Below are positions 1 through 9,072 of a stretch of 50,079 bases of DNA, piece by piece. Location of the stretch: IMG/VR virus record IMGVR_UViG_3300026189_000008, positions 1-50,079 of that record; one strand, 5' to 3'. The DNA is from a virus. Taxonomy: Duplodnaviria > Caudoviricetes. How positions within the stretch are numbered: position 1 is the first letter of the stretch; the number at the start of each line of letters is the position of its first letter. The position numbers and the translations under genes were made by a program. The notes beneath the pieces are model-generated. The model saw only the letters and a program-made list of their open reading frames with translations, searched no databases and was not told where the DNA came from.

Positions 1-1
1 A

Positions 2-145
2 CTACAACACGTAAAGTTTCTAGAAACGTCAATAGCCGCACTTCATAACGAAATTGTACATGAAGTATTAGAGGGTACATTACCTGAAAACAAGGCATTT
101 CTTTTTAAGAAATACTTGAGAAGGTTAAACTACATCGCAAGATAA
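2..145 (+). CDS. 3' end of a hypothetical protein, truncated by the window edge
   Basis: Open frame 2 from the window start (LQHVKFLETS...LNYIAR) to TAA at 143-145, same strand as the downstream genes. Confidence 0.6.
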   Translation, partial: LQHVKFLETSIAALHNEIVHEVLEGTLPENKAFLFKKYLRRLNYIAR

Positions 146-183
146 TGCGACGATAGTAAGTATAATAAAATAGTAATAAGCTA

Positions 184-804
184 ATGTCACAGTACGAAAG
201 AAGATTAGATTTACTTAATAAGAATAGAGTAATATATAGGCGTAAACCTACAACAGATAAACCATCTGAATCATATGATTGGGGTGATTTTTATGAAACA
301 GGTACACATCAGTATTACAATCTATTCTATACTAAAGCTAAGATAACAACGTACAAAAGTCTTAAGTGGCATTTGTATGTATTATGGTATCTGAATCCAG
401 ACATGGATCAAGATCTATTCAAAGCTGTAGTGAATACCGTTTGCAAAAAAGAAAATGGTTTTGTAACATTTCGCTGCAGCAAAAACCTTATTGATAGCAT
501 GCTTTATGATGTATCAATGATGGACTTAGAAAAAGCACCGCCCAATAAACTGCGTAAGATTATATTTAAAGATTACACAGGATTAGATATGCGTCAAAAG
601 CTATCTATAGTAGGTAAAATGATTGGTCGAACAAGACTATCTGAAACCGAAATATATGATGCAATGCTTCTAATAAATAATGAAGGCGAGAAAATTACGA
701 TAGCAAAAGTAGCTCAGTATCTTAAGTGTTCTACAAGAACAATATACAGAAATATGAGCAACGAATTAAAACGTGAAAAAGAATTACTGAATCAACAAAT
801 ATGA
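184..804 (+). CDS. DNA-binding protein with C-terminal helix-turn-helix
   Basis: C-terminal ITIAKVAQYLKCSTRTIYRN fits an HTH; ATGA overlap with the sigma gene. Confidence 0.7.
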   Translation: MSQYERRLDLLNKNRVIYRRKPTTDKPSESYDWGDFYETGTHQYYNLFYTKAKITTYKSLKWHLYVLWYLNPDMDQDLFKAVVNTVCKKENGFVTFRCSKNLIDSMLYDVSMMDLEKAPPNKLRKIIFKDYTGLDMRQKLSIVGKMIGRTRLSETEIYDAMLLINNEGEKITIAKVAQYLKCSTRTIYRNMSNELKREKELLNQQI

Positions 805-1550
805 GAAAGTACAACGTACAAAACTATATTAGGTATAAAGAAGATTTAAAACAATGTATGCCTAAAGAAAAATCCTATTTGAAATATAATAGAGAAGAGC
901 TGATAGTAAAGTTTATGCCACTTGTAGAAAATTTAGCACGTAAGTTTTCAACAGGTGATCAAGCATCTGGTGTATTATCTATTAACGATCTTATACAAGA
1001 GGGCAACAAAGGTTTAACTCTTGCTGTTGACAAGCTTGAAAGAAGTATGCTAGAAGAGTCTGAAGATATTGAAAAGACTTTAAAAAGTTTCTTTAGTAAA
1101 AGAATCAAAGGAGCAATACGCAGGTCAATAGATATTAACAGAGGTAATATAAAAATACCTGAGCATCAATTAAATAAAATTAGGAAGAACCCTAAAGATG
1201 AAAAGATAGTTGCAATGTTTTTTAATTCTATATTTTCTAGCATAGATGAAAACTATAATAATGATGACAATCCGATATATCAAATGCCGGATAAGTCAGA
1301 GCCTTATAATATTCATTTACTTAATGCTTATTTATTGCAAATAATGAAAAAGCATCTTAATGATAATCAATATCACACCCTGCGTTTATCCTTCGGATTA
1401 GACTGTGATAAAGCAAGTGCAATTGAAATTGCTAAGTTCTTAGGAATCAATGTGGCTACTGCAAATGTGCGTGTTTCTCAGATAAAAAGAGAAGCGATAG
1501 ATACGCTCATCGCTAACGTTGACGCAACGCAAGTGATTGATTACCTGTAA
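801..1550 (+). CDS. Phage sigma70-family RNA polymerase sigma factor
   Basis: Region 2-like (PLVENLARKF...DLIQEGNKGLTLAVDK...RIKGAIRRSID) and region 4 HTH (LRLSFGLD...EIAKFLGI...RVSQIKREAI). Confidence 0.88.
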   Translation: MRKYNVQNYIRYKEDLKQCMPKEKSYLKYNREELIVKFMPLVENLARKFSTGDQASGVLSINDLIQEGNKGLTLAVDKLERSMLEESEDIEKTLKSFFSKRIKGAIRRSIDINRGNIKIPEHQLNKIRKNPKDEKIVAMFFNSIFSSIDENYNNDDNPIYQMPDKSEPYNIHLLNAYLLQIMKKHLNDNQYHTLRLSFGLDCDKASAIEIAKFLGINVATANVRVSQIKREAIDTLIANVDATQVIDYL

Positions 1551-1579
1551 GTTAGGAATTTAAAAAGTAAAAAATATGT

Positions 1580-1588
1580 GTAATTATA
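1580..1588 (+). promoter_or_regulatory. Candidate phage-sigma promoter element GTAATTATA
   Basis: Intergenic, about 23 nt upstream of the ERF start; near-identical GTAATAATA lies upstream of two - strand genes. Confidence 0.35.
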
Positions 1589-1611
1589 TAAATACAAAAC
1601 CTTATTAAACC

Positions 1612-2139
1612 ATGACGATAAATCAAAAATTATCAACCATTCAAACAAAGTTTAAATCGAAGAAAAGTAGATTTAATTCATTCGGCAAATATTACTTTCG
1701 CAGTGCCGAAGACATTCTCGAAGCAACAAAACCCTTTCTGTTAGAGTTAGGAGTTAGTGTTAAGATTGATGAGGAATTAATCCATAGTGAGCCTATGCCC
1801 ATTATCAAGACTACAGCTACAGTTAGCGATGGCGAAAATGCTATACACGCTACAGCTCTGGTCGGTGTTGACCTCAATCAAAAAGGTATGCAAACTCCAC
1901 AACAGTTTGGTAGTGCGTCGAGCTATGGTAAGAAATATGCGTTAGGAAATTTGTTTCTTATTGACGACACGCAGGATTCTGATGCAACTAATACGCATGG
2001 GAGATCTGCAGCAGCTAAAGAAGTTTTAAAAGATATTGAGAAAGCTAAGACCTATGTTAAGTCAGGCGGCGCGATCGATACTATTAAAAAGAAGTATAAG
2101 CTAACGTCCGATCAGGAAGCAGCATTAAATAATCTTTAA
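1612..2139 (+). CDS. ERF-family ssDNA annealing protein
   Basis: FNSFGKYYFRSAEDILEATKP and GSASSYGKKYALGNLFLIDD..DSD are typical ERF motifs. Confidence 0.88.
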   Translation: MTINQKLSTIQTKFKSKKSRFNSFGKYYFRSAEDILEATKPFLLELGVSVKIDEELIHSEPMPIIKTTATVSDGENAIHATALVGVDLNQKGMQTPQQFGSASSYGKKYALGNLFLIDDTQDSDATNTHGRSAAAKEVLKDIEKAKTYVKSGGAIDTIKKKYKLTSDQEAALNNL

Positions 2140-2867
2140 TGAGTAAAAAAGCGATTGAAAAACTAAGAGACGATGAGCACTATTACGGCGAGTTTGGTAA
2201 ACAATACTTGTCCAATAGTGATATATCGAATCTATTAACCAATCCTTTGTCGCTAGGTAAGCCTAGCAAACCTTCAGCAGCGTTCCTCGTTGGTGGCTAT
2301 TTTCATACTGCTATCTTAGAGCCAGATAAGCTCAAGAAGTATAAAGTGATACAGTCATCAACACGGAACACGAAGGCGTACAAAGAGATGTCTGGAGGTG
2401 AGCTGTGTTTGTTACAACACGAAGTTGATACAATAGAAGTATTAACTGAAAAGCTAATGGATAATGAAATATGTAAATCATTAATCACGGCTGGTAATGT
2501 TGAATACGAACAACCCGGAATAACGGAATTATGTGGATTAAAGTGGAAAGGAAAAGCCGATGTAGTTAATCACGACGATGGCTTAGTCATTGACTTGAAA
2601 ACTACAAAAGACATAAACCGATTCCGTAGCTCAGCCTTTCGTTACAATTACGACTCGCAGGCGTATATTTATAGTAAACTATTCGGTTATGAAATGTTAT
2701 TTGTTGTTATAGACAAAGAATCAGGACAAATCGGATTGTTTGATTGTTCACCAGATTTTTATGAATCAGGTAAGGACAAAGTGGAAAGAGCAAGTGAACA
2801 GTATAAATTATTTTATCAGACACCTGAATTTGACCACAAGCAATTTTTTATTAACAAAACACTTTAA
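2139..2867 (+). CDS. PD-(D/E)XK exonuclease (RecE/Exo VIII C-terminal-like)
   Basis: GGYFHTAILEP, KGKAD, IDLKTT and YDSQAYIY motifs; coupled to the ERF gene. Confidence 0.85.
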   Translation: MSKKAIEKLRDDEHYYGEFGKQYLSNSDISNLLTNPLSLGKPSKPSAAFLVGGYFHTAILEPDKLKKYKVIQSSTRNTKAYKEMSGGELCLLQHEVDTIEVLTEKLMDNEICKSLITAGNVEYEQPGITELCGLKWKGKADVVNHDDGLVIDLKTTKDINRFRSSAFRYNYDSQAYIYSKLFGYEMLFVVIDKESGQIGLFDCSPDFYESGKDKVERASEQYKLFYQTPEFDHKQFFINKTL

Positions 2868-2877
2868 ATTTAATTTT

Positions 2878-3057
2878 ATGGCAAGAACAAGAAAACCTCA
2901 GTTAAAAGTATGCAGTGTAACAGGATTAGAAACTAGCACAACTAATTTCTATAAAAATCAAAATCATGTTAAAGCTGTAGACAACTTACGAAGAACGACT
3001 AGCGCGACTAAAGATCAGCTAGCAAGAATGTTTAACCAGATTAATCAATACGCATAA
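2878..3057 (+). CDS. Small hypothetical protein (59 aa)
   Basis: ATG at 2878 just after the exonuclease stop fits gene packing better than the longer ORF from 2740. Confidence 0.65.
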   Translation: MARTRKPQLKVCSVTGLETSTTNFYKNQNHVKAVDNLRRTTSATKDQLARMFNQINQYA

Positions 3058-3059
3058 GT

Positions 3060-3377
3060 ATGGCTAGTATTATTAAAACGAGTATTAACCTTAACGAAAT
3101 ACCAAAAGATAAAATTATCATTGGTAAGAAAGGAAAATACTTGCCTATAACTATTACATTGAATGATGAGGTAGACCAGTTTGGTAATCAAGGTCCTGTT
3201 ATCGTTGCACAAACGAAAGAGGAAAGAGAAGCTAAAGTTGGTAAAACTTATTTAGGTAATGTACAAGTTGTATGGACGAACGGAGATAATGTAGCAGTCG
3301 CTCCGAGAGAAGATGCACCGGCGCCAGCAATGGCTCCTGCACAAACGGCTGCACCAGTTGATGATTTACCATTTTAA
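3060..3377 (+). CDS. Single-stranded DNA-binding protein
   Basis: Small beta-rich core, Pro/Ala linker and C-terminal DDLPF tail like the bacterial SSB DDIPF; lies between recombination and primase genes. Confidence 0.72.
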   Translation: MASIIKTSINLNEIPKDKIIIGKKGKYLPITITLNDEVDQFGNQGPVIVAQTKEEREAKVGKTYLGNVQVVWTNGDNVAVAPREDAPAPAMAPAQTAAPVDDLPF

Positions 3378-3390
3378 TATATTTAAATAA

Positions 3391-5100
3391 ATGCAAACGA
3401 CAGAGATCAATGGATTTGTAATTGACGAATTCAATGTACATGGTCTTAAGGAAGGAAAGAAGCAAGGAGTATGTCCTAGCTCAACTTCTTGTAGACAACC
3501 CAAGAATCACAAAAAAGAATGTGCTTCATACGATTGGGAACGTGGTCTCGGAACTTGTCACAACTGTAACAAATCATTTCAATTGCATACATACAAACGT
3601 AAGGGTGACACTGAGCGTGAATATGCAAAACCTGCGCCAATTGAATATAAGCGGCCAGAAAGCAAAGTAATTGAATGGTTTAAAACAAGAGGTATATCTC
3701 AGGAAACTCTCGCTGATCTACGTGTTAGCGAGGGTCCTGAATATATGCCACAAACCGGTAAGACCGAGAATACGATAAAGTTCAATTATTTTATAGGCGA
3801 AGATTTAATTAATATTAAATACCGCGATGGAAGAAAGAACTTTAAATTATTTAAGGGTGCAGAGAAAGTATTCTACAATATTGATAGCATTGTAGGTTTT
3901 GAATACTGTATCGTAACTGAAGGCGAAATGGATGTGCTTGCATTACACGAAGCCGGAATTACTAATGCAGTATCAGTACCAAATGGAGCTACGCTGAATA
4001 CAAATAATTTAGAATACTTAGATAACTGTATCGATTATTTTGAAGACAAAGAAAAAATAATTTTAGCTATCGATCAAGATGCAGCGGGTCAAGCATTGCA
4101 AACAGAATTAATTAGAAGGCTGGGTGCAGAAGTTTGTTATCTCGTAAATTTTGATGATTGTAAAGACGCTAATGAATATTTATTAAAGTATGGATCTGAA
4201 GAGTTATCAAAGGTTATTACAGGAGCGAGGCCTGTACCTTTGGAAAACGTCACAACATTTAAAGACATTGAGCATGATGTTAAAGACTTTGTACAAAACG
4301 GTTTTAAGCCCGGCTATCAAGTTGGTCTTGCAAATTTTGACAGAATCTTTTCGACGTATACCGGACAGTTTATTACTGTTACTGGCATACCTTCTTCTGG
4401 TAAGTCTGATTTTGTTGACCAGATGTGTGTAGGCTACAACCAAAATTACGGTTGGAAAGTTGCATTCGCATCACCAGAAAATGCACCAACATATTTGCAT
4501 GCTCATAAGTTAATGCGTAAAGTATGGCAGGATATGCCAACCCCATCCGATATTAAAACAAACAAATGGGATGAGGTTGCTGAGCACGTTAATAATAACT
4601 TTTTCTTTATTGATATGGAAAGATATACGCTTGAATCTGTATTGCGTAAAGGAGCTGAGCTCGTTAAACGTAAAGGTATTAAAGCATTAGTTATTGATCC
4701 TTTTAATAAAGTTAGAGATGTAGATGCAGCAAGTGATGATGTAAATAGATACACCATGGATTATCTTACTAAGATTGAAATCTTTGCTAAGAAATATGAC
4801 GTGCTGGTATTCATAGTAGCTCACCCAACTAAAATGTATAAAGATAGCAATGGAAAAATTGAAGAACCCACGATGTACAATATTAAAGGGGGCGGAGAAT
4901 GGTATGACGCGAGTTATCATGGCCTTCTCGTACACCGCGATTATGATGAGAAAACAGTTAAGGCAAAAGTCCTTAAAGTTAAGTTTCAAAATCTCGGAGA
5001 GAATGGAGCTGAAGCTCATTTCAAATGGGAACCTAAGAGTGGTTGTTTCATACCGCACGAACACTTAGAGATTGCTAATGAACCTATGCCCTGGGAATAA
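3391..5100 (+). CDS. Primase-helicase (T7 gp4/Twinkle-like)
   Basis: N-terminal Zn ligands (CPSSTSC...CHNC), TOPRIM motifs (TEGEMD, DQD, KDANE), SF4 helicase Walker A GIPSSGKS, Walker B LVIDP and VAHP motif. Confidence 0.93.
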   Translation: MQTTEINGFVIDEFNVHGLKEGKKQGVCPSSTSCRQPKNHKKECASYDWERGLGTCHNCNKSFQLHTYKRKGDTEREYAKPAPIEYKRPESKVIEWFKTRGISQETLADLRVSEGPEYMPQTGKTENTIKFNYFIGEDLINIKYRDGRKNFKLFKGAEKVFYNIDSIVGFEYCIVTEGEMDVLALHEAGITNAVSVPNGATLNTNNLEYLDNCIDYFEDKEKIILAIDQDAAGQALQTELIRRLGAEVCYLVNFDDCKDANEYLLKYGSEELSKVITGARPVPLENVTTFKDIEHDVKDFVQNGFKPGYQVGLANFDRIFSTYTGQFITVTGIPSSGKSDFVDQMCVGYNQNYGWKVAFASPENAPTYLHAHKLMRKVWQDMPTPSDIKTNKWDEVAEHVNNNFFFIDMERYTLESVLRKGAELVKRKGIKALVIDPFNKVRDVDAASDDVNRYTMDYLTKIEIFAKKYDVLVFIVAHPTKMYKDSNGKIEEPTMYNIKGGGEWYDASYHGLLVHRDYDEKTVKAKVLKVKFQNLGENGAEAHFKWEPKSGCFIPHEHLEIANEPMPWE

Positions 5101-5379
5101 ATGAAAAGCTTATATAGAAAAGGTAAAAATTATGCAATGCCACGGTATCTTCCTAATGAAGAAGAGCGAGAGTGGTATAGATTTTGTGTAACTAACAATA
5201 TAAGAATATCACCATGGGGAATACAAAATGATTCTGATCATTGGCATATATGTGTAAATTTAGGGCCATATAAAAGAGGCGAGAAACAAAACATATCTCC
5301 CTTTAAATACGATAGAAAACAAATATGGCCAGAGTATTATAAAATGTGTAAATATTATTATGACAAATATAGAAAGTGA
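5101..5379 (+). CDS. Hypothetical protein
   Basis: Abuts the primase-helicase stop and overlaps the next start. Confidence 0.6.
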   Translation: MKSLYRKGKNYAMPRYLPNEEEREWYRFCVTNNIRISPWGIQNDSDHWHICVNLGPYKRGEKQNISPFKYDRKQIWPEYYKMCKYYYDKYRK

Positions 5380-6202
5380 ATATAGAGCTTTAATGGCAAA
5401 CTTATTACATGCCCCTGTAAAGAAAGATAGAACAGGCGTTGGTACTAAGTCTCAATTTGGCAGACAGATAGAGCACGATATGTCATTAGGTTTTCCTATA
5501 CTATTAGGTAAGAAAATTTATTTTAATCACGCTATAACAGAATTGTTATGGATATTAAACGGTAGAACAGACTTGAGTTATCTACACGAGAATGGTGTTC
5601 ATTATTGGGATGATGATTATGAAAGGTCTGGTCGTAAAGACAACAAGCTTGGTCCAGTCTACGGCGCTCAATGGCGCGATTTCGAGGGCTATGATCAGCT
5701 TATGAATCTTATCTATGGTATAAGTATAGAGCCAGAATCCAGACGCCATATAATCAACGCATGGGCTCCGCATAAATTAAAGAATATGGTTTTACCACCG
5801 TGTCATTATGCAATGCAAGTCAATGTTAGTAACGGTAAAATGGATTTAATGTGGATACAACGTTCTGCAGATGTGTTTTTAGGTTTGCCTTATGATATTA
5901 CAATGTATGCTATACTGCTTGAGTTGTTATGTCATAACACAGAATATAAACCTGGTAAACTTATTGCTCAGCTTGGTGATTGTCATTTATATTTAAATCA
6001 CATTAAAGCGGCTGAAGAATTTGTGCACAGAGATGTAAGCAATATTGAATTACCTAGCTTACAAATAACAGGTAATGGTATTGTATATGAAGGCGGGCAC
6101 AGAAGTAATCCTGGATTAAAAATACCTAAGAAAAAACAATTTAAATTAATTAATTATAATCCTTTGCAACCTATTAAAGCAAAGCTAAACGTTGGAAAAT
6201 AA
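5360..6202 (+). CDS. thyA: Thymidylate synthase-fold enzyme, possibly dCMP-specific (Asp at the Asn177 position)
   Basis: DRTGVGT, ELLW, GPVYG, SRR, LPPCH, QRSAD and DCHLY motifs; GLPYDI replaces canonical GLPFNI. Confidence 0.9.
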   Translation: MTNIESEYRALMANLLHAPVKKDRTGVGTKSQFGRQIEHDMSLGFPILLGKKIYFNHAITELLWILNGRTDLSYLHENGVHYWDDDYERSGRKDNKLGPVYGAQWRDFEGYDQLMNLIYGISIEPESRRHIINAWAPHKLKNMVLPPCHYAMQVNVSNGKMDLMWIQRSADVFLGLPYDITMYAILLELLCHNTEYKPGKLIAQLGDCHLYLNHIKAAEEFVHRDVSNIELPSLQITGNGIVYEGGHRSNPGLKIPKKKQFKLINYNPLQPIKAKLNVGK

Positions 6203-6984
6203 TGTATTATTTATATCACATTCCTGGTAAAAAAATTGGAGTTACACGTAATCTTAATAAACGTGTCACTCTTATACAAGGATATAAAGAAGACGAATAT
6301 GAAGTTCTTGATCAAAGCGAAGATATAGATTATATATCTGACAAAGAGATAGAACTTCAAAAGTCTTACGGCTATAGAGTCGATAGAAAAAAGTATAAGG
6401 AACTTAAATTTAATAAAATGAAAATAAACCCAACAGACCAAACTTCAACATTTCCATGTCCTGTAAATAAACTAAAGGGTCGGTTAATGGATAACGTTGG
6501 CTTAAAGTGGGCAACACCACAAGGCTACAACTTTGAAATTACAAATGAAAATATCCCTTGGATAATGGCAAATGCAAAAACTTCTATGTACGATGATAAT
6601 AGAAGTTATATCTACAATAAAGCTTTTTACGAAGCATACTATAATCCAACTCATTTACCCAATGCGGAGAAATGTATAACTAATGAGTTGCCTTGTGAAA
6701 GGTTTGACTTAATTAGAGACTGGGCTGCTACTCGTGGTATATACGATGAAGGTAATACTTATGTACAATATGTAAAACTTCAAGAAGAAGCGGGTGAGCT
6801 AGCTAAAGCATTGCTTAATGATGATCATGATGAAATAAATGACGCTATTGGTGATATGGTTGTTGTATTAACAAACCTAGCACATTTGCACGGAACTGAT
6901 ATAGAAGACTGTATTGATATGGCTTACACAGAAATAGCAGGGCGTACAGGTAAAATGATTAACGGAACATTCGTAAAAGATTAA
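6202..6984 (+). CDS. MazG-like NTP pyrophosphohydrolase with N-terminal extension
   Basis: KLQEEAGELAKA...DAIGD acidic helical motif and C-terminal RTGKMINGTFVK. Confidence 0.82.
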   Translation: MYYLYHIPGKKIGVTRNLNKRVTLIQGYKEDEYEVLDQSEDIDYISDKEIELQKSYGYRVDRKKYKELKFNKMKINPTDQTSTFPCPVNKLKGRLMDNVGLKWATPQGYNFEITNENIPWIMANAKTSMYDDNRSYIYNKAFYEAYYNPTHLPNAEKCITNELPCERFDLIRDWAATRGIYDEGNTYVQYVKLQEEAGELAKALLNDDHDEINDAIGDMVVVLTNLAHLHGTDIEDCIDMAYTEIAGRTGKMINGTFVKD

Positions 6985-6985
6985 T

Positions 6986-7246
6986 ATGAGAGATAAAATA
7001 ATTGAACAAGTAATAAATAAAATTAAATCTAGATCAGATGTAGGCTTTAAAAAATATAAAGTTACATTACATCAAGATGAACAACCATTAAATGTTTGGC
7101 TAACACATATACAAGAAGAGCTAATGGATGCTGTAAATTATATTGAAAAAGCTAAAATGGTTTTGCAAGATGAAATTGAAGAAGCAATGCTTAATCAAGC
7201 AAAACAAATGGATGATATAGAAATAACAGATGAGGAAGTTCTATAA
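6986..7246 (+). CDS. Small helical protein, possibly MazG/dNTP pyrophosphatase-like
   Basis: RSDVGFKKY...HIQEELMDAVNY (EExxD) motif. Confidence 0.55.
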   Translation: MRDKIIEQVINKIKSRSDVGFKKYKVTLHQDEQPLNVWLTHIQEELMDAVNYIEKAKMVLQDEIEEAMLNQAKQMDDIEITDEEVL

Positions 7247-7685
7247 AAAAAGAAAGAAGCGTGGCCCAGTTGTAAGTAAAAAAGTTACTTATGATGGGAT
7301 CACATTTGCTTCTGGATTAGAAAAATATATGTATATGGCTTTAAAGAAAGCTAAAATAAAATGTACATATGAGGGTGAAACATTTCATTTATTGAATGGT
7401 TTTCACTTTCCAAATAAATGTTTTGCAAGATGTGCAAACGGTAAAGGTGAATATAAAGATAGAGGCGATAAAAGAATATTGCCTATAACTTATACACCAG
7501 ATTTTATTGGCCAAGGTTTTATTATTGAAACCAAAGGCAGGGCCAATGAATCTTTTCCAATGAGATGGAAGTTGTTTAAAAAATTAGTTACAAATCAATT
7601 TCCTAATGTAGTATTGTATAAACCACAAAATCAAAAAGAATGCGACGAAACAGTAAGATTAATATTGAGCGAGAGAAAGAACTAG
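7230..7685 (+). CDS. T7 endonuclease I-like nuclease (junction resolvase)
   Basis: FASGLE...YE...YTPDF...IIETKGR motif order matches endonuclease I. Confidence 0.82.
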   Translation: MRKFYKKRKKRGPVVSKKVTYDGITFASGLEKYMYMALKKAKIKCTYEGETFHLLNGFHFPNKCFARCANGKGEYKDRGDKRILPITYTPDFIGQGFIIETKGRANESFPMRWKLFKKLVTNQFPNVVLYKPQNQKECDETVRLILSERKN

Positions 7686-7813
7686 CTCGAAGAAAATATG
7701 CTGAGCGCCAAATTGACAAGTGGTGGAAATGGAGCTGGGAAATAAAAGGTTATATAAAATATAAAGATCTAGTTAAACTACAAGAAAAATATAATATAAA
7801 ATCAAATGGCTAA
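7640..7813 (+). CDS. Small hypothetical protein (57 aa), not in the ORF track
   Basis: MRRNSKINIERE...IDKWWKWSWEIKG...SNG* fills the gap after the endonuclease; start uncertain. Confidence 0.5.
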   Translation: MRRNSKINIEREKELARRKYAERQIDKWWKWSWEIKGYIKYKDLVKLQEKYNIKSNG

Positions 7814-7943
7814 AAGAGGATTAACAATATCAGATTATATTAAGAAACCCAAAAAGAAAAGACCAGGCGTACACGCTAAGTCTAAGCATAGTAACAATAA
7901 ACAAAGTAAGAATTATGTCAAAAAGAAAAGAGGACAAGGGTAA
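7806..7943 (+). CDS. Very basic 45-aa protein, not in the ORF track
   Basis: MAKRGLTISDYIKKPKKKRPGVHAKSKHSNNKQSKNYVKKKRGQG*; overlaps both neighbours. Confidence 0.6.
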   Translation: MAKRGLTISDYIKKPKKKRPGVHAKSKHSNNKQSKNYVKKKRGQG

Positions 7944-8070
7944 TTGGTCCCTATCACTTGGATTATATCCCGGAGTTTTATTCGGAGCACGAACATATGA
8001 CGAACCCGCAATGACTATACATGTATTTTATTTACCATTTATAGATATTGCATTAGAAATACAAAAATAA
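7915..8070 (+). CDS. Small hypothetical protein (51 aa), not in the ORF track
   Basis: MSKRKEDKGNWSLSLGLYPGVLFGARTY...FYLPFIDIALEIQK*; stop is 1 nt before the nrdB ATG. Confidence 0.6.
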   Translation: MSKRKEDKGNWSLSLGLYPGVLFGARTYDEPAMTIHVFYLPFIDIALEIQK

Positions 8071-8071
8071 T

Positions 8072-9046
8072 ATGACAGCACCTATATTTACAGAGAGAAT
8101 TCCTTATAAACCTTTTGAATACCCCGAATACTACACTGAAGGTTGGCTAAAGCAGGCACAGGCGTTTTGGTTACATACAGAAATACCCATGCAGGGTGAT
8201 GTAAAAGACTGGAACGAAAAGCTAACACCTGAAGAAAAGAATCTCGTTGGTAATATATTATTAGGTTTTGCTCAAACAGAATGTGCAGTATCAGATTACT
8301 GGACACAAAAAGTCGTATCATGGTTTCCTAAACATGAGATACAGCAAATGGCTATGATGTTCGGCTCACAAGAAACAATACATGCTGTAGCTTATAGTTA
8401 TTTAAATGAAACACTCGGGCTTGAAGATTACGAAGCGTTTTTACATGAGCCAGCTACTGCTGGTCGTTTTGACAACCTTGTTGCATATAGTGGCAATAAA
8501 CCAGTCGGTATCGGAAAATCACTGGCTATTTTTAGTGCTTTCGCAGAAGGAGTTTCTTTATATTCCGCTTTTGCAGTGCTTTATTCTTTTCAGTTACGTA
8601 ATTTACTTAAAGGTATTGGCCAACAAATGAAGTGGTCTGTAAGAGATGAATCATTGCATAGTAAAATGGGATGTAAACTTTTTAGAGATATGTGTAAAGA
8701 AATACCTAATTTAAAAAGTGAATGTGAAGAAGATATATTGGATGCTGCTAATATTATGATACAATTAGAAGAAAAATATATAGACAAAATGTTTGAAATG
8801 GGTGATATTGAAAACCTAAAAGCAGACGACTTAAAACAATTTATTAGAAAAAGAACAAATGAAAAACTTGTGGAACTGGGTTACACAGATAAAGGAAGTT
8901 ACTTTAGCTTTGATAGAGATTCTGCTGCTGTACTCGATTGGTTTTATCATCTTACTGGTGGACACACTCATACAGATTTCTTTGCGATTAGATCCACGGA
9001 CTATAGCAAAGCGAATGAAGGGGAAAACTTCGAGGACATTTGGTAA
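8072..9046 (+). CDS. nrdB: Ribonucleotide reductase class Ia beta subunit
   Basis: Di-metal ligands QETIHAVAY, AEGVSLYSAF and VRDESLH. Confidence 0.95.
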   Translation: MTAPIFTERIPYKPFEYPEYYTEGWLKQAQAFWLHTEIPMQGDVKDWNEKLTPEEKNLVGNILLGFAQTECAVSDYWTQKVVSWFPKHEIQQMAMMFGSQETIHAVAYSYLNETLGLEDYEAFLHEPATAGRFDNLVAYSGNKPVGIGKSLAIFSAFAEGVSLYSAFAVLYSFQLRNLLKGIGQQMKWSVRDESLHSKMGCKLFRDMCKEIPNLKSECEEDILDAANIMIQLEEKYIDKMFEMGDIENLKADDLKQFIRKRTNEKLVELGYTDKGSYFSFDRDSAAVLDWFYHLTGGHTHTDFFAIRSTDYSKANEGENFEDIW

Positions 9047-9072
9047 TATTAAAATCACTGAGGAAGATATAT

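Noticed and set aside
2740-2877. Upstream extensions of several track ORFs (2740, 13860, 45546, 46607, 47757, 48034)
   Set aside because: They overlap upstream genes; internal ATGs next to the upstream stop codons fit the gene packing better
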